Assembly (NCBI GenBank): GCA_000697335.1
Contig: JNEM01013501.1
Span: 1-41,288 of the forward strand
Origin: Conidiobolus incongruus B7586
Taxonomy: Eukaryota
DNA: 41,288 nucleotides
Direction of reading: 5' to 3'
The first letter of the stretch is position 1. Each line of letters begins with the position of its first letter. Below, one piece after another: positions 26,001-39,490 of this stretch. The position numbers and the translations under genes were made by a program. A model generated the notes under the pieces. The model worked only from the letters and a program-made list of their open reading frames with translations. It searched no databases and was not told the DNA's origin.

Positions 26001-26603
26001 TTTGAGAGGGTTCGTGTGGCCAACTGGAATGTTGTGTGGAAGGCGGTGTAATTGGGGAATTAGGAGCATCAGAATCTAATTTTCGTGTCTAATAATAATA
26101 TATTAGTTAAATTATTTGACTAGGAAATAATAGCTTACTTCAACTAAAAGTCCCTTATTATCGGAGTTGGGAGTAAGTGTTTTAATTGCTCTTAATAATC
26201 TTGTTCGATCTCTGTAACTAGTAACATCAAGAGATCTTAATGTTTTGTGATTTAAATCAAGAAAAGCTTGTCCAAATATTTTGTTATCTGTTAATAAAAA
26301 TATTAATATTGTTTACTTAATTGGAGTATTATAATTACCTCTAATAATATCAACTAAATCGGCCAAATCATTTTGTATCATCCATTGTAAAGTAGTTAGC
26401 AAATCCCATTCAGCAGGATGTTTAGGGTTAATTTCAACCTGACCGGTATTTGATTTTTGGGAAGAATGGACGGGATGTATGTCCAAGGGAGATGTGAATA
26501 CAGATTTATATTCTTGTGAATCAGAAGTGGATAAGTTAATTTCTTTATCTTGTTGATTTATTAGAGCGTGGTGAACATAGGAATTTGATTGAACATCACT
26601 CAT
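23071..26603 (-). CDS. BCK1: MAP kinase kinase kinase, Bck1/Mkh1 type (cell-wall integrity), 8 exons, ~1049 aa, N-terminal SAM domain
   Basis: Exons 26603-26339, 26287-26139, 26088-23646, 23579-23567, 23513-23460, 23402-23321, 23267-23182 and 23128-23071 total 3150 nt in frame. Kinase motifs GRGSFG, AVK, HRDIKGAN, DFGISKK, GSVFWMAPE, KVDIWSLGC, RPTAKQLL. Bck1-type pre-kinase motifs RPSTEVISDNLDKYFPDQDLDKPI, RKKSIR and RSNTKLWG. Confidence 0.9.
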
Positions 26604-28325
26604 ATTAATTTATTGTAGCGTGTATGCTAAGTTATTATTTACAATTTTATTTTATTAAGATTAATTATAATTGCTGAATAAGAAGTCTCCCTGGGCTAGG
26701 AAGTGAATTTTGAATAAAACTTGTTACTTAATAAGAATTTAAATGATTTAATTTATAGTCAGTCATTCATTATTATAATAAATTAAAAAAGGTATTTAGA
26801 ATGGGGTTTTGGGTGGGGTGGGAGAACATTTATGGGTGATTCTCAATTCTTTGCATACATTTTTGAATATTATTCAAAAAAATCTCAATATTTCTGATCT
26901 ATTATTTATTATATTTAGGCAAATATTTATATCAATATAATGTTTTATCTAAATTTTATATTATAGTTTAGCTCGATCCACTAAATCAGTATCAAAAATT
27001 TATATAAATTCAAGTATACTGAATTTATTAATAGACAATTCAGTGACTCCTCATATGCAAAAATAAAATATTTAAATCTTATCTAATAAAAATATCTCAG
27101 GCTAAATAAATCTATTATTTTTTCAGGTTTATTAAGTGGTAATATAATATAGCATTAATTTTTCAGCTTAAAATCTCCAGATATTATATTTTGATTAATA
27201 TTCAAATAATATTTGATAATTATAAAGTAATACAATACAAAAAATTAACAATATGTCTAACATTTTAGATATTTTATCATAAATACTAATTTAAATCTAA
27301 TCATTTATGTCTATGTGTAAATGAATGATATTAGCACATATATTTATTAAGATGAATAAATATTTAATATATGCTGAAACCACTAAAGTAGCATTGAAAA
27401 ATTTTTTATAGATATTAATTTTAAATATACGTAGATTATTACTTATATTATTTTTTCATAAGAAAATTTATTTATATTTAAAATAGAAGAAATTCAAAAT
27501 CATAATATAGAAAGATCAATATATTGATTTCTGTATTCAAGAAGCATATATATTAAATAGACTGAGCAGTATAATACTTTAAAATTCGTATTTATCAATA
27601 TTTTATGAATTTTAAAATTTTTTACACAGGAAGCATTGAATTAAATATTATATTTTTAGATTTATCAGTTCTTGCAATTCATCATAAATTCAATAATTTA
27701 TCTAGATGCAGTATGGGTTTAATTGAAGGCCATATGGTGTAAATTAGATTTGAATAAAGTTTAATACGTATAATATTTAACATATTATTCTGATATATTC
27801 CAGAATTTAATATTAAGGAGTTATATAATATTTTATGTTTGTGATTATAATACATCATTATTGATAAACCCAAATTTATCTTACATTCGGTTGATATTAT
27901 CTATTGCGATAATTTTAGAATTTTAGAGATTCCTTTTACAGCAAAACTTATGAAATTGATAATTTAGAAATATATATCATTTTTCCTAGTATGTTATTCA
28001 TACAGATTATATTCTAATATTTTTCCATTCAGAACTAATGATAGAACAGCATTACTATTTATAAAGATTCAATTAAAAGCACCCACAAATAAAACACAAA
28101 TTTAAATAAAAATTAAGCGAAAACGAATATCAAATGATTCAAAATTTATACCAGTAATTCATTATTAAAATACCATTAAATTCTAATTGAATCAATTCAA
28201 TTATTTTATATCTTAATTATTCAATCTCAACTTTTAATGTCCTAATATTTTCATTAATAATAATTAAATTGATATCTATATATTAATTTTCATAATATTA
28301 TTTATTTATTAAATTAATTATTATT

Positions 28326-31078
28326 ATGGCTCTGGAAGAAGATATTAGAGAAGCCTTCATTGAATTTGTATATATTAATTTATTATTTAAGTGATTAATT
28401 ATTAACTTATTAATATTAGATAAATTTATTCGATTTTTTAAACAAAAAATGTAGAAGAATAGAAGAGCTACAAGATGGTGTCATTTTATTTCAAATAGCC
28501 AATAACTTGTATGTTTATTTATTTATTGATTAATATTTTATATTATATATTCATCTTATTTTTATTTATTGAATTATAGAGATCCCGTATGGTTTCGAAT
28601 GAATCGCTTGGATAAAAACCCATCTGATTGGCCTGCTCGATATTCCAACCTATTAAATTTAAATAATTTGGTAGTAAAATATTACGATGCTCACTTGGGC
28701 AAAACAGCTGTTTATAACTCTAATTTAAATATGAACTTGATAGCAAAAGAGGGGAACTTGAAAGAATTAACAGCTTTCACAAAATTGGTACTATTTTTAT
28801 ATATTTGGACTCACGATCCTATTATCAACAGCTTTGCAAGTAAATTAACATTGAAATCCCAAACTGTTATGATGGAATTGATGACTGAGAATAATAATCA
28901 GTTGGAGCAAAATCAAAGAGAAGGAGATTATATGTAATATATTTGTCATATATTAATTTCTATTTATTCATTATTTTATTCTATTTATTTTAGACCAAAA
29001 TCCCCTATTGAGAATAATAAATTCTCTTCTAGACCGAGTATCAACGCTCATCAGAACGAACTTCAAGATAAATTAAATAACTTGCAAAAAGCTCATGAAG
29101 ATTTAATGGCAGCTTACAATCAAAGTCAAGAAGCCATTGAAGAATTAAAAGCCGAAAAAAATGAGTTATCATCCAGATTACGTGGCTTAGATCTATCTAG
29201 TGGTAGTCAAGGGGCTCAAGCTGGTAAAGTGGAAGCTGCTTTGAGAAATGAAATCGACCAAATTAGATTAGAATTGGAGCATTCAGAAACTCAAAGACAT
29301 GAATTAGAGAGTCAGCTTCATGCACAGCAACTCACATGTCAGGAACTTTCCTACCAAGTTGATCAAATGCGCGAAACCGTAGAAGGAGTTCCTCAATTGC
29401 ATGATCTACAAAGGGAGAACAAGGTGTTATCTGAAAAGATAGCAAAAGCAGAAAACACATTGGATAAATACAAGCGTAAGTTGGAGGAGATTGGTGAATT
29501 AAAGCGCCATAACAAAGTATTGGAAGAGCAAGTGTATGAATTGACTCAGAAGAACAGTCAATTGGAAGACGACTATCGACGCGTCAACTCTTTTAAATCT
29601 TTGATGGAGTCATATCGTGAAAAAGTATCCGAATTAGAGAGTAAGAATGCTGTTTTAGAAACCCAATTAGCCAAGGCCGAATTTGAAAAAAAGAGTTTGA
29701 ATGATCGCAATCGCGCTCTTGAGCTTGAGTGCACCCAGATCCAATCTCAAATGACCAACCTCGAAGAAAAGCTTCGCGATCTGGAATTAGGAAGCGTTTC
29801 CAGCCCCTCAGAAATGACTGGCGATTCCTCAGGCCATACCTTCGACGAAGCCCAAGTTATCGAACTGAAGGCTAAGATCGTTAGACTCGAAATGGAGCTC
29901 AGTTCCCTCAGGGAGGGCACAAGAGATTCCAATGCAAATCATCAATTGGCAGTGATGAAGAATTGGTTAGATGAGATGACTAAGTCCAAAGATGAAATCG
30001 AAGCCAAGTATCTCAAGGCTCATCAAAATAACCTCATGCTAGAATCAGAACTGGAAAAAATACGCCAAGCACAAGAAGATCCCAAAGGTGGTTACGATCT
30101 TTCTTTAGGCCTCCGCATCAGACTCAATCAGAATGAACAGGAACTATCAGAACTAAAGCTCAAGCTAGTAGATACTGAATTTCAGCTACAGCAATCCAAA
30201 AAAGAATTACTTGCTCTCAAATCTAACCCAGATTCCATCGGTCAAGATTCATCTAATGTCACTGATGGCGCTAGCAGCCAAGTCAAGGAAATCAATGAAA
30301 AGGCTCAATCTGACAACGAAGAACTCATTAAACAAATACATGAGCTTAATGAAAAACACACCCAACAAATTCAGCAAATCAATCAGCTGTTAATGGATAA
30401 AGACCGCTTGCAGAGTGAAAATATTCAAACTAAGGATATGTTGCTGGAAAAAGAAAGAATGATGAGGTATTTTTATTATAAATTTCGAATAACTATATAT
30501 TAATTGTCATGCTAGCGAACTTAAATCCACCCTCAGCACCTTGGAGAGCAAAGATTCCAATGTTAGTGCCTCTGATCAAGACATTGCTGCCCTTAAGAAC
30601 CAATTGTTATCCGAATCTCAAAGAAATGTCAAGAACCAAGAAACAATTGCTGAGCTTAATAATAAGATTAAGTTACTTCAGAGTAAGGTTCAAAAGGCCA
30701 AGCATCACCTTCAGAAACAGGCAGATCACATCAAGGTAGCTGAAGGTGCAGCCGAATCTCAAGAACAGACTAGTGAGCTTGTACTCATTCTTCAGAGTCA
30801 ATTGAGAGAGAAAGAAGAGCAATTGGAAAAATACCAGGTAAATATATACCCAATTTCATTACCGTATGTACTCATCTTAAACCAACTAGTCTCAAATGAA
30901 GGAGCTCAGAGCACAGCAGCAAATGGAGTCTCGCATCATTATGTCATCATGGTACGAAATGGCACTCAAGATCCAGAGAGATCCTATTGGTGCCAATGTC
31001 GTCTCCAACCGTACGGGTCCCACCTCTTGGATAGCTCAGCAAAGGAATATGCTCTCAGCTCAACTGAAGCGTCGCTAA
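28326..31078 (+). CDS. Hook-family dynein/early-endosome cargo adaptor (HookA/Hok1-like), 6 exons, ~822 aa
   Basis: Exons 28326-28367, 28420-28508, 28580-28933, 28994-30466, 30516-30837 and 30890-31078 total 2469 nt in frame. N-terminal Hook domain (EELQDGVILFQIANNLDPVWF), long coiled coil with KAENTLDKYKRKLEE, C-terminal ESRIIMSSWYEM..SWIAQQR. Confidence 0.88.
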
Positions 31079-31713
31079 TTTCCAATCCTTGACAATCTTC
31101 AGAATATTTTAGTTATATTATTAAAAAATCTTATTAATTCATTATTCAATTTACTTGAACTGATTTCAAATAATTAGTATATTGAATATGTATTAATGAA
31201 TGAATGATATTATTGATGATTTAGTTATAATACAAATATAAAATGGTGAAATCAATCTCAATTAAGCAATTTGTTCAGATAACTTGGAAGAAAATATTCT
31301 ATCTTCTAATCTGAATAAAAATCTGTTAAATTTTCACATTTTATTCATCTTTCAAAATCAACTAACCTTTTTATATCTTTTACTCAGCATATTGATATAA
31401 CTATTTTATACTGAATACTGAATGTAATTTGATATTCAATATATTGTTAGATTAAATATTTTATGTAATGTTAAATGAGATTGCTTAAATTGTTATTAGA
31501 TATTTAATTACGAATATTGATATATGATTATCAGTTCATAAATTAAATATAATGAAATATTAAAAAAAATCAATTTCAAAAATATGTTTGAAATAGTTTA
31601 ACAGTTAAATAAACAATATACAGTTAATGCAAATAAATTTAACTTTTATAAATATCTAAGCATATATACTAAAGCGTCTAGTGAAGTTAAGGTCTATGAT
31701 TAATTATTGAAGC

Positions 31714-33471
31714 TTAAGAAGTATCCATCATATCATCTTCATCATCTTCTTGGCCTTCGAAAGCAGGTCCATCGTCGTTCTCGGAATCTTCATTATCGTC
31801 AGCCAAGCTCACAACTTTCTTTTCTTGAACCTCAGTGTTAAACTCGTGGATGCGGTCCTTGAAGCATCTGCGAACACCTTGGTTTGTGCCGAATTCCCAG
31901 ATGGTAGGCTCACCCTTGCTTCCGCCCATCACAAGTGTGGTGGGTTGGTGCTTGTTGAAGCTGACAGAGAACATTTGACCCAAGTCAAAGTTTCTACTGA
32001 GCACCATCGAAGGTTGATTGTTTTTATAGTCCCAGATCTTGATCAATTTGTCAGTGGAACAAGTAACCATGCAATTGGCAATAGTAGGGTGGATATCGAA
32101 AGAAGTAACAGCTTCATCGTGGGCATGGAGGGTGAAGATAGGTTGTTGAGATTGGGTATTACGGATATCGAAACATTGGACAATACCATGTTCTGTGCTG
32201 ACAAAGAATTGGTGACTTGTTGTGGGATCCCACTTGAGACATTCAACATCACCGCTCAAATTCCAGATGGCCAAATTTTCGGGAGCACGACCGTCAAAGA
32301 CAGCAACCTTCTTGTCATAACCACCAGTCAAAAGGATATTGGACTCGGTAGGGTGGAATTGGACGGATTGAACCTTGTCTTCGTGGTGGTTATATGATTG
32401 AACGCATGATGCTGTGTTCAAATCCCAGACTTTGACAGTGGTATCAGCTGAGGAACTGGCTAAGTAGTGACTAAAGTAAAATGTTAGATTAATCCAAAGG
32501 TGGATATGAAAATGGACTACCGATAGTGATGATTCCAGGAGAGAGACATGACGGCATCAACGTGGTATTCGTTATTGGGTTTGGACTTCTTCTTGGTCTT
32601 TTTACCCAATACAGCAGTTGGATAAATAGGGTTATAAACGTTAAGATCCCAGATTTCAATTTGGGGATCCATGGTACCAATAGCAACCATACTACCTATC
32701 AAATTATATGAGTACAATTAAATTGATCCAGAATTCTTGTATAATTACCAATATTGTTTTCCTTTGCCTTTTCGCCCATTTGGAAATCCAAAAAGGTAGT
32801 GCAAAGAGGGAAAGCGGGCAACATAATATCATGATGCATGTACAAATTATCTTCTTCATGTTCGTAGATGTAAACACCCAAATGACTGATTTCGTCTTCG
32901 GTCTTAGTAGCCAATAAGACGTGATCAGTGGGTAAAATACGTAATTCTTCAGCTTCTGATTTAGCCTATTTAAATTGAATGAATATAAATGGAACATTCT
33001 ACAAATTAATTAAGATTACATCTTCTTCATTATCTTCACTCATTAACTCATCATCTTCTTCAATGGGAAGTTTACCAAAAATGCCAACTATCAATTGTGA
33101 TATTTAATTTAATCGTGTATTTTTAAAATTAATATAAATCATCAATACCTTGGGCATCTCCAGAGTCTTGATTGTCATTATCATAATCTTTAAAGTTATA
33201 TTCCTTCAATTCAGGATCTTCATCAAAATCAATAATAGGTAAACCATTTTTATCCAATTTAGCTCCATTGATACTATATAAAAAATGCGTTATTAATATA
33301 CTTTATAAATAAAGAATATTGAATTTACTGCTCTTTTAATTCTTTCTTAGCTTCTTCAACCTCCATTTGAGTCATTTGCTGAATTTTTTCATATTCTTCC
33401 TGAGTAAATTTGAAGGGAGTAGGGTTTTCTTCAAGTTTACCAGGTTCTACCCAAACTAAAGATGATATCAT
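31714..33471 (-). CDS. PWP1: periodic tryptophan protein 1 (WD40 ribosome-biogenesis factor), 6 exons, ~494 aa
   Basis: Exons 33471-33329, 33273-33149, 33087-33020, 32965-32749, 32695-32521 and 32470-31714 total 1485 nt in frame. MISSLVWV start, ELKEYNFKDYD, NLYMHHDIMLPAFPLC, AIGTMDPQIEIWDL, HVDAVMSLSWN, LASSSADTTVKVWDL, acidic tail. Confidence 0.93.
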
Positions 33472-33720
33472 TTTTTAATATATTTAATTTTATAAAAATC
33501 TAATTATTGATCAATTTTATTAAATTGATTTTTGAAATTTTTTTTTGCAAAATTAGAGTTTTATAGTATTAGAGAAATTAAATGAAATGATATATATTAT
33601 GGGATTCAATAATATGCTTAAAGTTTAATTATGCAAATAATTAAAAAATATCTAACAAATATTTTTAACAAAGTTTTGATGTCTATTTATTATATAATAT
33701 ATATTATTATTATTAATTAA

Positions 33721-34352
<632 letters not shown>

Positions 34353-34632
34353 TCAATTATAATGATTGATTTTAAATAAAACTTATCCATTTCATAGCTT
34401 TATATTAATAATTAATAAATTATTATTATGGGATTAGAACTATCATAAAAAATTTACCTTTTCATTCAAATCTGATAATTAAATATTTTGAATTTGATAA
34501 TTCAAAAATAATATTATATTCATCAACAATGAGGCTCAGATTATTAATTTTTGCCTCAAACAGTAATGTTTTTTATAATATATTTTCTTGATTAATAAAA
34601 TTATTGTTGATATTTTATTTATTTATGTAATT

Positions 34633-36055
34633 TATATTTTTAGAAATTAAATAATAAAATAATTTTAAAATTAAATAAAAATTTTTTTTATTATTTTAAA
34701 AAATAAATATTTAATATAAAATTAATATTTTTTTAATGATCTTTTACTATATTATTGATAAGCTGTTAATAATTAAAAATAGTTTTTTTATTGAAAACCC
34801 AAATATAATATTTTATAATTAATTATTTATAAAATTTTCTTTTTTGTAATTATATAAGTATAATGGTAATAAAACTGATATAATATAAAAAAAACATAAT
34901 ATAAAAGTAATATGGCATAGAATGTAATAATATAATATAGAAATGTAAACAAAGTTTAATTAAGCTTTAGTAAACAATAAATCACCAATATATTAGGTTT
35001 TATATTAGGTAGTATTAATATACTATAATATTAATATAATATAGTCTTAATCTTAGAAATAATATAAAAACAAGGAAATAATAAGAATTGAGAGAAAAAA
35101 AACATAGTTTATTAAATAATTTAATATTATTTATATAATTAATTTAGCTTTAAGAATATAAATTAATTATATAATTTATAGTTAATTATATTATATAAAA
35201 AAATATAAGAATTTAGAGAACTAATCTCTTAATAAATTATATATTTTTGATTATATAAAATAATTATAATTATATAAATTATTAGTTATGATGGCTTTTT
35301 TATTATTTTATATTGGTATTTTTTTTTAAATTTAACTTTATATATTATAATATTATTTTATAAAATATTAGATTTTGTTAATTAATAATAAAAATAAATA
35401 TTAGAAATAAATTTATTAAATGTTAATTATAATAATAAATTTTATTAGATCTTGCTTTTATTATATTTTAATAAATTAATATAGATATAACTATTTTAAT
35501 ATTTTACTAAAACTTTTATTAATATATATGGTATTAATTTTATATTTCTAAAAATAAACTAAGTTTAAATTTTAATATATTTATACTATAATTTAATAAT
35601 TAATATTAAATTATTATATTAATCCTTTTAAAAATTAAAAATTTATTTTATTAAAAAAAACAATAAAAATTAATTATAGATTTTTGATAAATCTTATATA
35701 ATATCCTTTTTAGCTTTAAAAAAACAAAAAATAATAAATGTTACTTTTAAATATAAGAAATCTATTTAATTATTTGTATATTTTAAATGATTTTAAAGGG
35801 TTTATAATTAAATTCAAATGATATTAAAATAAATAATTTTTAATATTTGATATTTATTATAAATATAATGAAATTCAATAATAAATTATTATATAAAAAT
35901 ATTTTCATATTAATATTATTATATATAGATATATGGAGTTTGAAAATATTAATTCTTTTATTTTATATTTAGTTTATTTTTTTAAAGCTAAAAGTATATT
36001 TATAGAAATCAAAAATTAAAAATTTTACTACTTTTTTATTTCCAAATTAAAAATA
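34633..36055 (-). mobile_element. mariner relic, copy 3; heavily decayed, central part replaced by unrelated sequence
   Basis: 34633-34675 (TAGAAATTAAATAATAAAATAATTTTAAAATTAAA) matches the reverse complement of the copy-1 end. ~35770-35812 TTTTAAATGATTTTAAAGGGTTTATAATTAA matches the reverse complement of copy-1 166-200. 35970-36050 resembles the copy-2 end at 22790-22865. Boundaries are approximate. Confidence 0.72.
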
Positions 36056-36669
36056 AAATAAATATAATTTTAATCAATATCTCAATTATTATATTTAAAT
36101 AGATAATTATAATAACTTTTATTAAATATATGATATATCAAATCATAAAATTGATAAGATATTTTATAATTACTTGAATCTATACTCAAGAGATTTTCCA
36201 AAAGATTTTAAATTATAAGTTTATTAATTTTATTTATAATTGTATTAAAAATTTAATATATATATATATATATATTCATGAAACTATATTAATAATATCA
36301 TGTTTATTTACATTAACTATGAAATATATCTTTATCAGGTTGCAATAATATTTTTTGAATTAAAATGTGTTTTGATCTATTGGTATAAATGGTTTTAGAA
36401 ATTGAAATAAATAATTTATGATAGTATTGAAAAAAAAATAATAAATTGAAGTTGTAATTATATATGTCACCATAATTTAGAATAATAATGGCAATTAAAA
36501 ATGGAACTGATCAATTCAAAAAAACAATGATACTATGATTAACTAAATTTAATATAATATTAATTAGATAATATACTGTATATTTTAAATGTATTTATTA
36601 ATTAATGAGTAGAGTATATGATTATTCTTAATGATATAGATAAGTATCGATGATGTAATAATGTAGTTC

Positions 36670-37410
36670 TTAATACGATTTGACAGGGTAACCATGGTCA
36701 TGGTCATAATCTTTACCGTGGTCGTGTCCATAACCAGAGTCGTAAGATTTGGTTGGGTAATCGTGATCGTGTCCATAAACTTTTCCGTGATCATAGCCAT
36801 TGTCGTATTCTTTATCATAACCATAACCATTATCATAGTCTTTGTCGTGGTCATGACCATATCCGGAGTCATAAGATTTAGCGTGGTAGCCGTGGTCGCG
36901 GTCATAGTCTTTTTCATATCCGTGATCGTGGCCATAATCTTTTCCGTGATCATAGCCATTGCCATAATCCTTGCCGTAATCGCGGCCGTAGCCAGAGTCA
37001 TAAGACTTGACATTGTAACCTTGGTTGTTATCGTAGCCATTGTCATAACCTTTACCATATCCATGCTCGTTACCATAACCATTGTTATAGTCTTTACCAT
37101 GATCATAATCACCACGACCATAATCTTTACCGTGATCATAACCACTGTCATATCCCTTGTCATAATCGTTATATTCAGTTACTGGATAAGCAGGCTCAGG
37201 AGCTGGTAAAATGGTGACTGGTTCTTCAGCGACGATAGGAATTTCAGCGATTTCAGAAATTTCTTCGACTTCGGCAACTTCAGCAGTTTGGGCGGGAGAT
37301 GAATGGAGGAGGTTAGTAACACTTTCCAAAAGAGGAGCACCAGTGTTAACTAAAGGACGACCTTGAATGGCTGATAAAGCAAAAAGAGTCAAAAGAGTAT
37401 GAGTCTTCAT
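36670..37410 (-). CDS. secreted Tyr/Asp/Gly/His-rich tandem-repeat protein of unknown function, 246 aa
   Basis: Signal peptide MKTHTLLTLFALSAIQG, acidic Glu/Pro/Val linker, then ~165 aa of DHGKDY / DNGY / KSYDSGYG repeats. Raised GC, intronless, and CATATAAAAG about 90 nt upstream on the minus strand. Confidence 0.85.
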   Translation of the reverse strand: MKTHTLLTLFALSAIQGRPLVNTGAPLLESVTNLLHSSPAQTAEVAEVEEISEIAEIPIVAEEPVTILPAPEPAYPVTEYNDYDKGYDSGYDHGKDYGRGDYDHGKDYNNGYGNEHGYGKGYDNGYDNNQGYNVKSYDSGYGRDYGKDYGNGYDHGKDYGHDHGYEKDYDRDHGYHAKSYDSGYGHDHDKDYDNGYGYDKEYDNGYDHGKVYGHDHDYPTKSYDSGYGHDHGKDYDHDHGYPVKSY

Positions 37411-38949
37411 ATTAAATAAGATGATATCTATTAATTGATTAAATAAAAATGCAAGTATGAATTAGTTGATACTGTATGGTGTATCAATCTGACTCTTTTA
37501 TATGAAAGAATATCAATTGAATACTCCAATTTCACTCCAATTCCAAAACATAATTTAACTTAATTCAGTTCACTTCACATTCAATCAATAAATTTGATTT
37601 TTTAGCTATGTTGATTTTAAATTTATCAAATTTTTAATAATTGATAAAATTATCGATCTATTAAATTTATATATTATTAAAAAATGAATTCATAAAAGGA
37701 GTATTTATTGGATTTTCCTAGGAATAGATATAATCTAATATATATATCAAGCTTTAATCGTTGACTATGAATATAATCATAATTTAAAATATTTTTCAAT
37801 TTCAGGAGACGTAAGCCTTCAAATATAATATTTTTTATTAATAAATTTTTAAAATTTAAGGTGGAAATTAGCTTAAATTTGAAAATTTGATAGAAAAAGA
37901 ATGCGAAATGTGCTATTACTAAATTTTGATTAGTTTCTATTGATTAAAATTGTTTAGTTAAATTGAATTAGTTAATAGTATTCATTAAGAATATGAGTTT
38001 ATTACTTTAAAAGCTAAACATTATCGAAAGTTATTTACTTTTAAATAGCTATTTAGAATAAAATTTATTATTTTTAAAATATTTTTATACTACTTTAATT
38101 AGACATTATTTCATTCATCGTCATTTAGGATCATTTTATATTTTAAAGTTATGAAAAAATTGATTATTCTAACATAGCTCATTTTTCAAGTTTATCAGTA
38201 ATCATACTTTATTGTTTTTATGGGTGATAGTAGTAAAAATTAAGAAGTCATTATCATATTTGTAGTGAATAAAGTAGTTATATTAGCATCATTTGTTTTC
38301 AGATTGAAGATTAATTTTATAATATAAACAAATATATAAATCTTGATAATTACAATTAATAATAATAAAATATTTCAATAAATCCTTATAGTAATTAATT
38401 CTTAATTATTATTCAAGTTTCTTTATTAAAAATTAAAATTGTAGTTGTTGTTTATTTAAACTATTTCAAACTGTAATTAGTTATTTAATTAAGGTAATAT
38501 ATACCTAATTAATATAATAGTATGTATAAAATAGATTTCTATATATTAGTATGAATAATTTTTATATTAACAAAAACTTGAAATCAATTTATACAGTTAT
38601 TATAAGGTATTAATTCAAAAAATGATATCATACGTGATTGGAATTATTGTCTTTGCACTATTTTAGAATTTGTCATGGGAAAGGTTAAAAGATAATAATT
38701 GCTAAAAAATTAAAAATATTAGTTAAACATAGAAATGGATATATGGTCCATATATCATTTTTACTATAGATAAAATCCATCATTTTCGAATATAAATTAA
38801 TTTTTTGTGAATTATGTTAATAGTTTATAGTTTCAAAGTCAATAAAAATTGGCAAATATGAATATAAGTTTGATATTATAATAGATAAATAGTAGTAAGC
38901 AATAATAGTTTAAGTATTTATTGTAAAATATACTTTTAATAGAATATTT

Positions 38950-39490
38950 TTAATATGAAATGAAAAAATAATCATGATCATTATCATAGTTCTTGCAGTA
39001 ATAAAGGCCATAGCCAGAATCATAAGATTTGACGTTGTAACTACTATCATTATCATTATCGTTTCCATATTCTTGATCGTGACCATACTATTGTAATAAT
39101 CTTTACTATAAGAGTGATCATTATTATAATCTTTTCCATATTCCTTATCTTAAAAATTATATTAGGAAGTGAAGTTAAGTGAGCTCTATGATAGGCAAAA
39201 TAATAACTGGTTCATTAACTAGTAATTCGGGAATTTCAAAAAGTTCAGCAGTTGTAGACGCAGGCATTTCAGAGGTTTGATCCACCTGGAAGTACCACCT
39301 GGACTAATATTAGGAATAGGAATGATAAAGATAGGTGCTGAAGGGATTGTGGGAACAAGAAATTTCAGTATTGAAAAAAATGCATTTCTTTTCAAATAGA
39401 ATTAAACGTATCAACAATTTGTTGAATATCGAACAATGGTCCAGCTTGAATATTAGTTATAGTGAAAAGTTTCAAAAAACTATAGGTCTT
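38950..39490 (-). pseudogene. decayed tandem paralogue of the secreted repeat protein
   Basis: Minus-strand fragments: KTYSFLKLFTITNIQAGPLFD (vs KTHTLLTLFALSAIQGRPLVN; ATG lost), EIPELLVNEPVIILP (vs EIPIVAEEPVTILP), EYGKDYNNDH, YNVKSYDSGYG (identical motif). Interrupted by stops and frameshifts. Confidence 0.85.

Noticed and set aside
27682..27873. 63-aa ORF between the divergent BCK1 and Hook genes
   Set aside because: Non-ATG start and AT-driven composition; most likely intergenic promoter DNA.
31750..32397. 215-aa antisense ORF
   Set aside because: Antisense shadow of the GC-rich last exon of PWP1, with no recognisable motifs.
36585..37209. Long overlapping ORFs 36585-37163 (-) and 36694-37209 (+)
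   Set aside because: Shadow frames produced by the stop-free codon repeats of the real 36670-37410 gene.
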